A stretch of DNA of 64,000 bases from Monocercomonoides exilis PA203 (taxonomy: Eukaryota > Protista > Preaxostyla): positions 1,116,001 to 1,180,000 of the forward strand of contig LSRY02000009.1 in assembly GCA_001643675.2 (NCBI GenBank). The letters are read 5' to 3'. The notes under the pieces are model-generated. The model saw only the letters and a list, made by a program, of their open reading frames with translations. It did no database searches and had not been told where the DNA came from. This document shows, piece by piece, positions 1-11,907 of the stretch. Position numbers and translations under genes: made by a program. The number at the start of each line of letters is the position of its first letter. Position 1 is the stretch's first letter.

Positions 1-2478
1 GGAATCTGATGATCAGAGAGAAAAACTGCTTCGGCTGATGAAACTGCAGGGAATACAGAAGAAGAAGGAGGAGAAAGAAGAGAAAGAGAGGAGGCGGAAG
101 TAGAAAGAAGAGAGAGCACAGGAAAATGGAGAAAATGGCGAAGAAGATAGAGGAAAAAGACAAGAATTTGTTCAGCAGCATCCAAGGAATATTACAACCG
201 TACCTTGAGACAGGCACACCGATTAACCAGAAGGTGAACAAAATGGCAAGCGAGGCGCAACAAGAAACGAAAGAAAGCCAAACGCAATTTTTGACAAGAG
301 AGCGGAAATTGGACTGCACGCTGAATGACCTCTTTAATTCTGACTTTGAAGATTTGAGCTATGAACTGGATGTGCCTTTCAGCTATGTGCGTATCAAAAG
401 CGAGGAAAACGGGCAATTTGCGTGGAAGATGCAGAAGGTACCTGTGTATGCAGCAGTCGACGCGAGGCAGACAAGAACGCGGTTGGATCTGATGAGTGCG
501 CTGAAGAGCGGGCTGAGGCAGAGTCGTGCAGAGTTGAGAAGAGGAAGGGGGATGAAGTGGAGGGGATGGTAGCCGTACAAAGAGGAAGCAGAAGTGACAC
601 ACAGAAAGGGAAGGAAAGGAGCAGGGAAAGGATCACCGCTGCTGTTTCAGAAGGAGAAAGGGATCAGAACATTCAGCCTGAGCAGCGTGCCTGGAAGAAG
701 AGAGAGCTGTCATTCTCAAAGTTGGAAACTTTCTTCACATCGCAGAATTCAATGGTGATGGATCTGATGTAGAAATATTCTGAACTTAATTTGGTTGCGT
801 CTTTTGATTCAACTGTAGAATTTGACGCAAATACAAAAATTTCTCTGCGTCCTCTCTCCAGCTGCACTTCTTCGCTTGTCAATTCGTCCTTGTTTATGAA
901 CGACCAACTTCAATTTTCTCCGTCTCTCAGAACATCTCTATCTCCTTCACTGCAATTCCAAGCAAAACTCCTATCTTCTGCTTTTCCTGCAGCTCCTGGC
1001 TTGCTTTCTCCACTTTCACTTACTGCTCTATCTTCGTCTCTTTCTCTTTCATTCAACTCCCGTTAAATTCCGCTCCAGGCCTTGTCTATCATTCCCATTC
1101 AGAAGCACAGATAATTATTTATTCTTTCATGGAATTACAACCAACCTTACTCGGCAATGAAATGGGTAATTTTGATCCGGAGTAACCTATCAGAAGACAT
1201 TCATTAAAGGAAGAAGATTGAATCTGACTTTTTTAACTTGGAAGCTGAAAGAATTCACCAAAAACATAATGAACAAGCCAAGATAGGATTTTTAGGGTGA
1301 ATTGGTTCCAAAATAGCCTCCAACAGATTTCACAGCCACGAACAAACAGCGAATTGCAGGAAATAAAAGGATGAGGGAAATTGATTCAGAAGAAAAGGCT
1401 TAAGTGAAGAGAAATTATATGAGGTTCTAGTGCTAATCGGATACGAATGGATTGAAATCGGAAAGCTGAGGAAATAAATGTTTTTGAAGAACTTTCTGAT
1501 ATGACCGAAGAAATGAAAACGATAATGACTGTTTTTCAACGAACGTATTATTCATTGGATGAAGAAGCCAAATCAAATGGAAAATGACGAAGAAATAATA
1601 AAACCTGTGCTGATTTAGGGATCAATGAAAGGCAAGTGATGGTAAACACTCATGTTGAAAAGAAGATGGCAGCTCATGAATATGAAGTGAAATGAAAAAT
1701 TATCAAAGTTTGAAGATGAAACGATTGAGGAATGTTTAATATTAAAAATGATGAAAATGGAAGGAATTCTGATGAAAACATAAAAAATACATCTTTTTCA
1801 GTGATTTTTGTGTTAACCGCATTAAATGTGAGAGGGTTTGTGAGAGTGAAAGCGGAGACGAGAAGAAAGAGGGATGCATCGCTGAAGGGAGCAATGCATC
1901 CGAGAGAATCCTCCACGGTGGCGCATGGGCTTTGCTGTGTTTTGCCACTGGCATCAACATCACTTCCACCATTTGCAACGACTTTATACTGGGCAATGAG
2001 GGGGAGCAAGCCATTGAACTCAACTTTTCTAATTATCCACGATTTCGTTGAACGGTTGTTGAAGAAATTGAACCTAATTAAAGGAATGGAGATTTGTTGG
2101 CTATTCAAAGGTTTGAATAAAAATGAAAAACAACTATTATTGTTCAATTTATTTCGATAATTTTGTTTTCTTATCTTCTTTTCTGTTCTTCTTTATGATC
2201 TTTCTCTTTTCGATGTTTAATTTTTCCAATTATTAATTTTCAACTTTTTTTTTGAAGTTCGATTTATATATTTTCTGCACTTATTTAAAAATAAACTTTG
2301 GTGAAAAATCCTTTTTCACCAAAAATTAAAAAGCCGTATGGATTTTTGTTTTTTTAAATAAACAAATATATATAACAGAAATAAATGCTAAATACGATCA
2401 AAAAATATATTTTTCTCTTTGATCAATGAATACCATAATAGATGTTATTTATTCGATTTTTGATCTTTTTTTATGATA

Positions 2479-2659
2479 TGGGGCAAAATTTTTGCATTTG
2501 TGAAAAAAACAACGATTTGTTCCAAACTTTTTCCACAAACTTATCATGATAATATTTTCATACCACTATCAAAAAAATAGATAGAAAATTTCGAAACTGA
2601 GATTAATATTTGAATGAATGGAATTGAGCAAAATATATGAATCAAAATATATTGTCCCA
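2479..2659. mobile_element. 181-bp MITE (second copy 30454-30634)
   Basis: Ends tggggcaaaat / attgtccca, TA flanks; shares gatttgttccaaactttttc and identical length with 30454-30634. Confidence 0.7.
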
Positions 2660-2671
2660 TATCAAAAAAAA

Positions 2672-4440
2672 TCACCCATATTTTTTTGAACAAGTTTCAA
2701 TAAAATTCACTATCAATGAACAACTGTGATAAGCAAAAATAAATATCTCGATTTTCAAGATATTTGCTGGGTGCGGGTTAAGCACCAATGGTATTATTTC
2801 ATTGACAACAGTCTCACTTCCCATAAATCTCACTTCTCCAACACTTCCTCCACATCTCATACCAACAATCTCCACTTTCCCTCCACTTGCACTCACAAAC
2901 ACATAATTCACAGAATCCACTCCATTCCCCATCTTTATCCCGCAATCAGCAAATCTCAATGTCCCTCCTGAAGAATGAACAAATGATGATCGCTCTCCAA
3001 TCGATCCTCCAAATTTAAACAATATCCCTGCCAATGTTGATGAAACACTGTTCATCGCCAACGCTTCTTGTATTTTTGTTTCTGTTGCCTCGATTTTTAT
3101 TCCAAAAATTTTATCACTCGAATCAAACTCATATGGCCGTTCATTCAACTTCACTTCTTCATCAAATGAAAATGTGCTTGTCAATCTGATGAATCTCTTT
3201 GAACTCGGAAACTGAACTTCTCCAACATTCCCAATTGTCCTGCATGGGTAATCTTCATATCCACACAGCCTGAATTCACTTCCTTGTTCTCTCCCACTCA
3301 CATATGCTGGAGATGAAAATGTCCGAAGAAACACAACAAGTGGAACAATCAGCTCTTCCTGGTTTCTTTCTCTTCCACAAAGTTCATTCAAGTTTGCAAC
3401 CTTTATTCCAATTTCTGTATTGAATCCAATTGAGATATTATTGATGACAGCCGATAAATCCTGTGCTTCCATAAATAAATTCTTCCCCTTCCATGCCTCA
3501 CATCCTTCAAATTCCATGCTCTCCAATGAAAATGTTTTCATTTGATTGACAAATTCAGCAAACATCCCTCCTCCAATTCCTCTCCCTCCATTCTCAACAT
3601 CCTCTGATGGCACAGCACATTCTGACAAATTCACTCCACTCACTCTCAATGTTCCTCCATTTCCCACTGATATCATCATCCCTCCCCCTTTCATTCCACT
3701 TCCACCTGTGCATCTTGATGAAAAATTGCTTTCTTCAATTTTCACATTCCCATTCACTCCCATCCCAACATTCAAACATCCTCCTCCTCCATTTCCACCT
3801 GCCACATTCACTTCCACTCCACTCACTCTGCTGTTCTTCAATTCCAATTGAACTCCACTTGTCATCGTTATTGGTGATTTCCCATTCATTGTCAGTGTCA
3901 CTCCACTTTCCATCACAAATCCATCAACAATCAGATTCCCTCCTGTCATGTCAATGATGCTGTATCCGATCTTTCCATTGGTCAATGCCCCACTCTCAAA
4001 TGAGACTGAACAGTTTGTCATACTGAGTGTTGATGTTGAATGAATGAATGCACTTCTCCTTGATTTCAACTGACCTTTCACAACAAATGAAAGTCTCCTC
4101 ATTGTCAGTGAACTCGAACATCCAACAAGCCAATCTTGTGTGTCTGTTCCTCCATCACTCACTATCACTCCCATCCTCTCCTCCTCCAATGATGTTACCC
4201 TGCCTGAAATTTACACACCAAATGATGGTCCTGTAATTTCCTTTGTTATTGACGAAGATGAAACAACTTCTATATCATTCACAGTGCTGCTCAAACTTGA
4301 GTTCGCAAAATAATCAGCTGCCAAACATCTGAATGGATCAAATCCAAAATGATTGTGATCCATCCCATTTTATCCACTTCCATCAAAAATAACCTTTGCT
4401 TCTATTTGCGAAAATACATAAACAGGAAGTTGCATTTCAT
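2672..4440 (-). pseudogene. Fragment of a large Gly/Cys-rich beta-helix-like surface protein family
   Basis: 505-codon ORF with repeated GGG(C/M)-hydrophobic motifs and CGYEDYPCRTI; frameshifted upstream, truncated at the MITE 2479-2659. Confidence 0.55.
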
Positions 4441-5666
4441 TTTTTTGCTCTCATTCTCACTATATTTTTCCATCTCTTCTTTTTTTCTTTATTGCTTCAA
4501 AAAAGTACGTCTATTAAATCAAGCACTTAAAGAATGTTCTTTCAAAGACTTTCCTCTTTCTCTCTTTTGATGATGAGCAAAAAACATAAATATTGCATTG
4601 CTTTCAAAAAAATGCAATATTGAAATGATTGATAAAATTTCGTCATCAGGAGCTGGGTTTGTGAGTATTTATTGATTCTCAAAGCAAAATTTAAGCTAGA
4701 CCTGATGATTGCCTGTGTGAAAATGTTGCTTCTCAAAAAAATTCCATCCTCCAACAAGTCATTGATTTTTGTCTCATTTATTTTATTTTATTCAAACCAG
4801 GAAAGTCAACTCGCTTCATCAACTGTTTTTCTTGTTCTCAATGGTGTCAATTTTTCATTTTTTGCTTTAATATATTCCACTTTTGTTGTCTGACAAAGTC
4901 CGACTTGTGAGACATTTGAGACAATCAGTGATTACGAGAGGTTGCTCAGTGTGAAGGCAATTCCACTGTGTTTTGCATCTCAAAGAAATAACGATGAACA
5001 GAATCTAACTGTTTCAGAACTTCAAAAAAAAAATTAGAAAAATTCGTTAGCAAGTTTACTCTTCATCTGATATTGGGAAAAATCATGCTGCCGTTTGAAA
5101 TAATATGCATGAACGTCAATTATCGAAGATGAACTGAAAGCCAAATATTGCAAAAGATGAGATCTTTATAAGTTTGTTAATTGCTTCTTCATCCGCATTT
5201 TCAAAAATATGAATATTTCTTCAAACCAATCATCATGGAATTAAAAGAAAAATCCATTTTGCGTGAACAAAAAATGATTTTTGTAAACATCAAAAATATC
5301 TCAAATAGTCAAACTCTTTGTTCTTGTTATTCTTCTCCATCCAAAAAAAAACACATACAGCAAAAAAAGACACGATTCCACTTCTTTCATGCTTTTTAAC
5401 CCTCTCTCTTTTCATATGTCAAATATTCTTCAAATCAATGACAAAGTTCATAAAACTTAGTGAAAATTTTCAACTGTTCGTTTGGAAATATGAATAAAAA
5501 TTTACAGCGATCCAGCAATTCTTCAAGAGAAAAAATCATCTTCCCAACCAAATTTCAACGCACGTTGAATATTTTTTGCCCTCGCACAATTTGCTTTCTC
5601 GCAATTTTTGTGATTTCTTTTGTTCGTTTGTTATTTAAAAAAATCAAGTTTGCCTTTAATAAAAAT

Positions 5667-5924
5667 GGCTGATTATTTTTAATATCATATATTTTTTCGG
5701 GGTGTTGATTTTTCAAAGATTGTTTGTTTTTTGAAAGAAAAATTAAAATTCAAAAGAGAAAAAATATAATGATTGTTTTTAAAAACAAATGGTTTTTCCA
5801 AATCAAAGATGAAAATGTGTTCAAACAATTTTTTCACTTTTCAATTTTTTATTATAAATATTCAAGAAATATTTTTTCACCGAAATTGTTGAATGAAATA
5901 AAATGATTTCAAAAAAAATCTCCC
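5667..5924. mobile_element. ~257-bp MITE (inverted homolog at 42042-42296)
   Basis: Degenerate TIRs gg.tgattattttt..atcat / atgatttcaaaaaaaatctccc; internal matches to the reverse complement of 42042-42296. Confidence 0.7.
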
Positions 5925-6600
5925 TAATTTAATACTAAACTATTTGACAGAAATACGAAAAAGACAAGTTTGCTCCCATGAAATAAGTGTTAATATTAAG
6001 GATGTGTGGTTTGAGTGAAAAACTTCGCCCTCCCCAAATGACGTGGAAAAAGGGTGAGATCAAATTCAAAACAATAATATAAAAATTGAATAATAAAATA
6101 ATGCATTGTCCGCTTCACTTCACCACCGACTTCGCCTTTTGCCTTGGTCACGAAGACCAGAGGGCAGGGGACTTGCCCCTCGGAGCTCTCCCCTGCAGGC
6201 TGTGCAGGAAGCCGGTGAGGCGAAAGCTAAAAACGGAGCAGAAAGAAAAACCGCTCTCGCTCATGCGAGGCGTGAAAAAAAAAACTGCTTGTGCAGCGCT
6301 CTGCCTCCCGCTCTTCTGCTGATCCAGCAGAGAAAATCCACTCATCACACGCTGCGTGGGATAATCTGACACTTCTTTTTGCGACTTGTTCGATAACAAT
6401 TAAAGGAGTTGGCTTATGATTTAAACTGTTTCTTCATTCCATTTGTGTCTTTCCAGATTCTCGACGTACAGAAACCACTTCGGGCGTCTGATCTTCTTTT
6501 CTCTCTATCTCTATCTCTCCCCTTTTTTCTCGCCATCCTCTCACTAGCATGTCGCTCTTCCTCGCACCCATCCGCGTATCATCCATCCATCCGCGTTCGT

Positions 6601-6698
6601 ATTATTTCGGAGCAAATCCTGTCTCACTGCGTTTTTATTGATTCGCAATGGAGCGAATCAACAAACGCAAGGAGCAGGTTTGCTCCTCAATAATGAGT
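6601..6698. repeat. Internal complementary region (ICR) of DIRS copy 1
   Basis: Joins the two outer terminal sequences seen in copy 2 (cctgtctcactgcgttttta and agcgaatcaac...caggtttgctcctcaataatgagt) as a circle-junction copy. Confidence 0.85.
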
Positions 6699-7269
6699 CT
6701 CGAAACCCCTTCTATCTCAGTATGCGTGATCTTAAACCCTTCTGTCTAGCACGTCATCGTGCGGAGGATGAATTGAGAGCGTGCGGGTGACGGTGCGGCC
6801 CTTGTCTCTTCTCCCTCCCTTACTTGGGATATCTTTGAGGCGACATCGGTTTGGCCCTTACCTCTTCAATGTCATTCCCTATCTGTACGATGATTCTTCC
6901 ACTATGCTTCTTCCGATCTTTGCCTCTCTTCTTCAGTGGAGTTGTATCCTTCTCTCCAGTCAGCTCACAGATGCTGCTGGGGATTATGGGGGGTGTCTTC
7001 TGACGACTCGGTTGTCGGGGTGTTGAGCTTCGTTCCTGAGCCATTTCACCTCTTCTTTCTTCTCCACTCGGCAGCTTCTTTCTTCCTTTTGATCGCTTTC
7101 TCGTTAGTTTCTTCCCTTCTTCAAATCCAGCTTTGGGTAATTCATTGGTGCAATATTTCGTATCTGCATCTGCTATCTCGGGCTTACCCTCCTTCGAATC
7201 TCCACTCTTATCTGGCTTGTAATCTTCTCCCCTCTGGGGTACTGATCCACCGATTGTCTCCAGGATCCA

Positions 7270-8200
7270 CTTTGTGTCTTGTACCTGTTAAATGGAATAA
7301 TACTCCTGGGTTACTCTAGAACCTGGCGCACATCTCGCGTACATATTGATTGCTTTCCAATCTGCATCTTGTTGTCTTGCAAAATGTGTTATCACAGCGT
7401 GTCTTATCGAGTACGCGGTAAATGTGTCGGGTATTCCGTTTTCTCTCAGGACCGCCACTAATTCTTCTTTGATCCTCTGCAGGTTATCAGGTCTACTCCC
7501 TTCTATGTCAAATCAGATATGCTTGTCTCAAAAAGATGTCTTTGAAAAATCCATCCAGCGTTGGAGCGCTTCAACTGCATCGATACGTGGGTTTTGGTGG
7601 TTATTTGAAATAACTTTGATAATCTCACCTCCAGACGTTTTGATCTGTCCTTGCGTAAGTATTGTATTATCCTTGAATATCGTTGTATCACTTCTCATTC
7701 TCTCCAGCTCTGCTGGCCTTAACGCTCCAAAGATCATAATGAGGATGAGGGCTTTCTTCTGAAGTGTTTATGGGTCTGTCATATTGAAAATAGCTTTTAC
7801 CCAATTTGTGATTATTGGAATGTCCCACATTGATTTGCATCGCTTGCCCTTTCTCGGCTTCTCTCCCATATAAGTTTTTTAAATATATCTATATTCTTCC
7901 CATCAATCTTCGTCTCTCTGAAGAGATAAACAGAAATCAGTTCTTTCCGTACTGTCTGATAAATGACTACACAAGACAGGTTAGTGTTTGAAAGCGTTCC
8001 AGTTAACTCTGCCAAAATCCATTTGGAATCTCTAATTGTGAGGGGGTCGGTATCATCCATGCTCTCTCTATCAAGAAACTGCTTAAATCTTCGTAGCGCT
8101 CTCCACGTATCCCTTTCATTCTTCTGGTTTTTCAGTATTGCTGCTGCTATGTCTTTTGCTCCAACGTATTCTCCCCATGTTAAGAAGAGGTCCCTTCCTG
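7270..8200 (-). pseudogene. DIRS tyrosine recombinase catalytic region
   Basis: MWDI, FGALRPAEL (catalytic R), QIKT (K), SIRHA, YAR.APGS, QEYY (Y); interrupted by a frameshift and stops at 7768-7770, 7528-7530 and 7513-7515. Confidence 0.85.
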
Positions 8201-8205
8201 GGATA

Positions 8206-10678
8206 TTTTCTATTCTTGTGGAAAGCTAATGACCTCTCCTGGGGGTAGTTTCCAGCCTTTCTTTCTCATCCTGGCTCCTGGTATCACACACCCCTGAAAG
8301 GGCCCCAGGTTCTTCATCGAATGCTCAGGCTGCAGCAGCGGGGACCAGGTCTGCCCCCTCCAAGCTGGTGGAATCAGAATCGTCAGTTCCCTCCGGGCCT
8401 CCTTCATCTCCTCTTTCAGGGTCCGTCAAATGTTTCTCAGGAACGGGTGGACTAGCACTATGTCGTCTTCTGGTGTTCCTCTCTCTTTCTTCCTTCTCAC
8501 GGAGGATAGTCTCCAAGTACTTCCACAGGGCACCGGAGCAATCTGTACTGAAATAATATCTAGTGTTCTCGGTGCAACTATTTGCAATATCTCTTCAACT
8601 TTCTCCCCCTTCAGTGCACAGTCCGGCTTTTTCACCATCCAGCTGAGTGCATAAGCTTTTTTGTTTAGTTCTACCGGGAGATGTTCCGTTTGTTTTATCA
8701 TGTCCAGACTGTTCAGTTTCTTCTCCAATGCTCTCAGTGTTGGAATGAGCGATGGCGCTCCCCTCTTCTTCTGTATTGTCCATCTCGTGGACATATTGTC
8801 TGTCTTCAGACAAATATGATCTATCTTCTGCTGTTGCATCCACGCTCCTTTCCTTTCTAAAGTCCTCAACACTGCTCTGGACTCCTTTTCGTTTATCGCT
8901 AACGCACTCTCCTGGAGGGTCCATCTTCCGTGGACATATATCTTCTCCTCTTTGTTCCCCATCGGTATTGTTATTACTGCACCCCATCCCAGCTCCGAAG
9001 CGTCCGTTGTTAGCTCTGCTGGTCTGTTCCTTCTCCTCAGACTCCTTGGTCTGTTCTCTCGCAGGGTTTTCCTCCAATGTGTCAACTCTCCTAACAACAT
9101 TGGGTTGGCTATCACAGTCCCGTTCCAGCCTCCGCGGGCTATTGCCTGCCTTAGCAAGTATTTCATACGCTTCATCCACAAGCTCGCTGGTGGGTGTTGT
9201 AACCTCACAAAATTCAGCCTCCCGAGGAGTGCTGCAAAGTCTCTCGTCTTTTGTCTACTCCTTTTCTTTGCATGTGCTATCCATTTTCGCATATCCTCTA
9301 GCAGCAGCACTCTCTTCCTCTCTTGGAGCGTCACTTCCATCTTCTCTGAATTCCACAACCATCTTAAAAACTCCGCACTCCCTATGGGCTCCAATTTCAG
9401 CTTCTCTTCTGACAGTATCCAGCCCAAATTTCTCAGGAACTGGGCTATCTCCTGTGAGATCAATCTCAATGCATCCCTGTCTGAGTGCATGAGGAAAATG
9501 TCGTCCAGATAAATTACTAGCTTGACTTTCCACTTTTCTCTGATGAACGAGGCTGCCCTTTTTGTTATCTTTGTGAATGCTCTGGGAGCATCTTTCGCTC
9601 AAAAAGGCATCCCTACGTTAGCGTAGCATTGATTCTGAAAGCTGAAACGCATATAGGGACTGAATTGCTCGTCCACCTTTACATACTGGTATGCACTCGA
9701 TATGTCCAGAGTGGTCATCCAATCGCTCTTCTCCAGGAGTTCCACCACTGTTTCCTGGGAATCCATTTTGAAGTGCTTTCCCTGTTCTTCCTCGTTTAGA
9801 GCTCTGCAATCCAGGATCTTCCTCCACTTTCCGTTTTTCTTTCGCACCATGAATGTCGTGTTGAACCACTTCACCTCCGACTCCTTTATGGGCTTCACCA
9901 CTCCTTCCTTCAACTCCTCCTCCAAGAGGGATGAATAATTGTTTGTCATCTCCGTTGTTCCCCGAAACTCTTGTCTGTGTTTTCTCTCCTCGAGAGAGAT
10001 TGGGGACTGGGGACTTCTCCATCGAGCTTTTATACCACGGCTTACAAGTTTGTCTCCCCCAATCTTCCTCCACTCGCTCAGTCTGTTCACTAGTCTCCCA
10101 GGAAGTGGCTCTTTCGGTGGTCCAATCGCTTGACTCCTTTTCACTTCTGGCGTCATGTGGCCAGGTTGCGTCTGTGTATTCCCTTCTTCTTCGAGAGTCT
10201 CTAATATAGCTGTCCTCGAGCTCCCCTCCCGGGCACTCCCAATTGGGGGCTCGATAACAATCCCAAAAGCTCTCAAGACTATCTTCCCTTTCTCCCTCTC
10301 GCTCTTCTGTCCCGTCACTCGGGGATATTCGGAGTCTCCTTCTGTTCTCGTTGTCTCGTGACGTACATCTTCTATCGATATCTCTCTCGCCGAATCCCCC
10401 GTGATTTCTCGTTCTCTCAACTTTCTTTGGTCTGGCGAGTTCAGAGTCCCTCTGACGTTCATCTGTTGTTTCTGCATTTCCGTCCCTGATCGCGTCTCGC
10501 CCGGAGCTATGGTTGCTCGTCTTGTATTCATCTCGCAGTAATTTGCTTCTCTCTCTTCTCTCTCTTCTCTCTCTTCTCTCTCTTCTCTCTCTTCTCTCTC
10601 TTCTCTCTCTCCTCTCTCTCCTCTCTCTGTCTCGCAGCAAACCGCGGACTCCTTCACCCTCGCTTCTTCCAGGCCCAT
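8206..10678 (-). pseudogene. DIRS pol: reverse transcriptase-RNase H-adenine methyltransferase-like domain
   Basis: KWRKILDCRALN, LDISSAY, GMPF*(TGA at 9599-9601 in place of G), YLDD, LGRLNF, LTTDASELGWG, INEKE, KTDN, VLVHPF...IPPAWRGQTWSPLL; in-frame stop and a frameshift near 8426. Confidence 0.9.
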
Positions 10679-11907
10679 TGGCTCGATCCAAAAGCTGCAT
10701 CTGTAGCTGGTCCTCCCCGTATCCTCGGGGGAGCTGGGGGGAGGGGAACTGTGATCGAAGCCACTCTCCCAGGTGATGCTGGGGCATGCTGTGGTAGGGC
10801 CTGTGTTGATCTCCTTCTTTCCCTGAAATTTGTGAAGCTCGCCTCGAAGCCCTGCTTTTGGAGCTGTCTGTAAGCGAAGCCCTGAGCGTTCCTGCCTGTG
10901 CTGTATCTCCTTGGGCGTCCGCTCCTGGCTGCGACAAGGTCGAAGGCTGTGGGAGAAGCGAGGGATGCTCCATTCCTTGGACTATCCCCCTCTGGACGAA
11001 AAAAGCTGGTACTCTCCACCAGCCTCCTCAGGCTCTCTGGGACGTCCTTGGACGTTCCCCCTTCCAGGAAACACTTCACATTCTCCCAGTTTGACTGGGG
11101 TATAACTTTTTGTAAATTAATCCGGATGATACAGTCTGCAATCAGGGCATATGAGCAGAAGAGTCCCCTCAATCGCTCCTTCTCTTCTTCCCCTAAATGT
11201 GTCGTCCTCAATTCTCTTGTAGTGAGGGCTGCAATCGCCTTCGCGGCTTCAAACCCCGATTCCAGGGCGGGCTGAAACAGCTCGATAACCCGGGCGGCTT
11301 CTGGGGAATCTTTTCTTCCCTCCGCAGTGACCCCCGTCACTGCTAGGGCGTTCCAACTCATGTCAGTGTGTCTAGTGAAAAAGTTCTTCTCCGTCTCCGG
11401 GATAAAGGTGTTCAGGATATCATCATTTATTCTGATAGATCCGGCTTTGCAAAAGTCCATGAACTTTCTCAGCTCACCCGTTTGTCTCCGTAATGTCAGC
11501 CATTCGTCTGGGAAAATTCCCAAAAAGTCTTCCGATTTTTCCTGCTCTTCTTCCCGCTTTTCTGTACTTCCGGAATCGCTCTCGCTGCTTTCATCTTCGT
11601 CCCATCTCTTCATCTGATTACGTACGCGACTGCCCCTCAATCGCTGTCTGTGTCTCTTCTTTGCGATCATTTCTGAACTATCAGTTTCGGACTCAGATTC
11701 GCTAGCTCTCGTCGGAGATCTTCTACTTGGTAGTTCCCTCTTCGTCTTTCTTATTGGTAATATTCCTTCTGCTCCAGAGTGACTTAGTCCTTCTCTGCTC
11801 CTCGACACTTGATCGATCCAATTTTCAACTCTCTTGAGCCTTCGAACAAGATCAAAGGTCTTCTCCTCGCTGTCGCTGTCTACCATTCTAACAGGATCTA
11901 GCGTCAT
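10654..11907 (-). CDS. DIRS ORF1 (gag-like), open in copy 1
   Basis: Uninterrupted ORF (ATG 11907, MTLDPVR...) first in the element; clear homolog of the interrupted ORF1 of copy 2 (IFPxEWLT, FMDFCKAGSIR, LRGLFCxYALIADCI). Confidence 0.75.
   Translation of the reverse strand: MTLDPVRMVDSDSEEKTFDLVRRLKRVENWIDQVSRSREGLSHSGAEGILPIRKTKRELPSRRSPTRASESESETDSSEMIAKKRHRQRLRGSRVRNQMKRWDEDESSESDSGSTEKREEEQEKSEDFLGIFPDEWLTLRRQTGELRKFMDFCKAGSIRINDDILNTFIPETEKNFFTRHTDMSWNALAVTGVTAEGRKDSPEAARVIELFQPALESGFEAAKAIAALTTRELRTTHLGEEEKERLRGLFCSYALIADCIIRINLQKVIPQSNWENVKCFLEGGTSKDVPESLRRLVESTSFFRPEGDSPRNGASLASPTAFDLVAARSGRPRRYSTGRNAQGFAYRQLQKQGFEASFTNFRERRRSTQALPQHAPASPGRVASITVPLPPAPPRIRGGPATDAAFGSSQWAWKKRG

Noticed and set aside
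6185-6240. Hammerhead ribozyme-like string ccggtgaggcgaaagctaaaac
   Set aside because: The core reads CCGGUGA rather than CUGANGA in both copies, GAAAC is absent, copy 2 lacks stem II, and it is antisense to the ORFs. Not called as a ribozyme.
8752-9512. Long antisense ORFs over pol (also 58591-59403 and 10898-11275)
   Set aside because: Ser/Leu/Phe-rich shadows of the purine-rich sense strand, with no motifs
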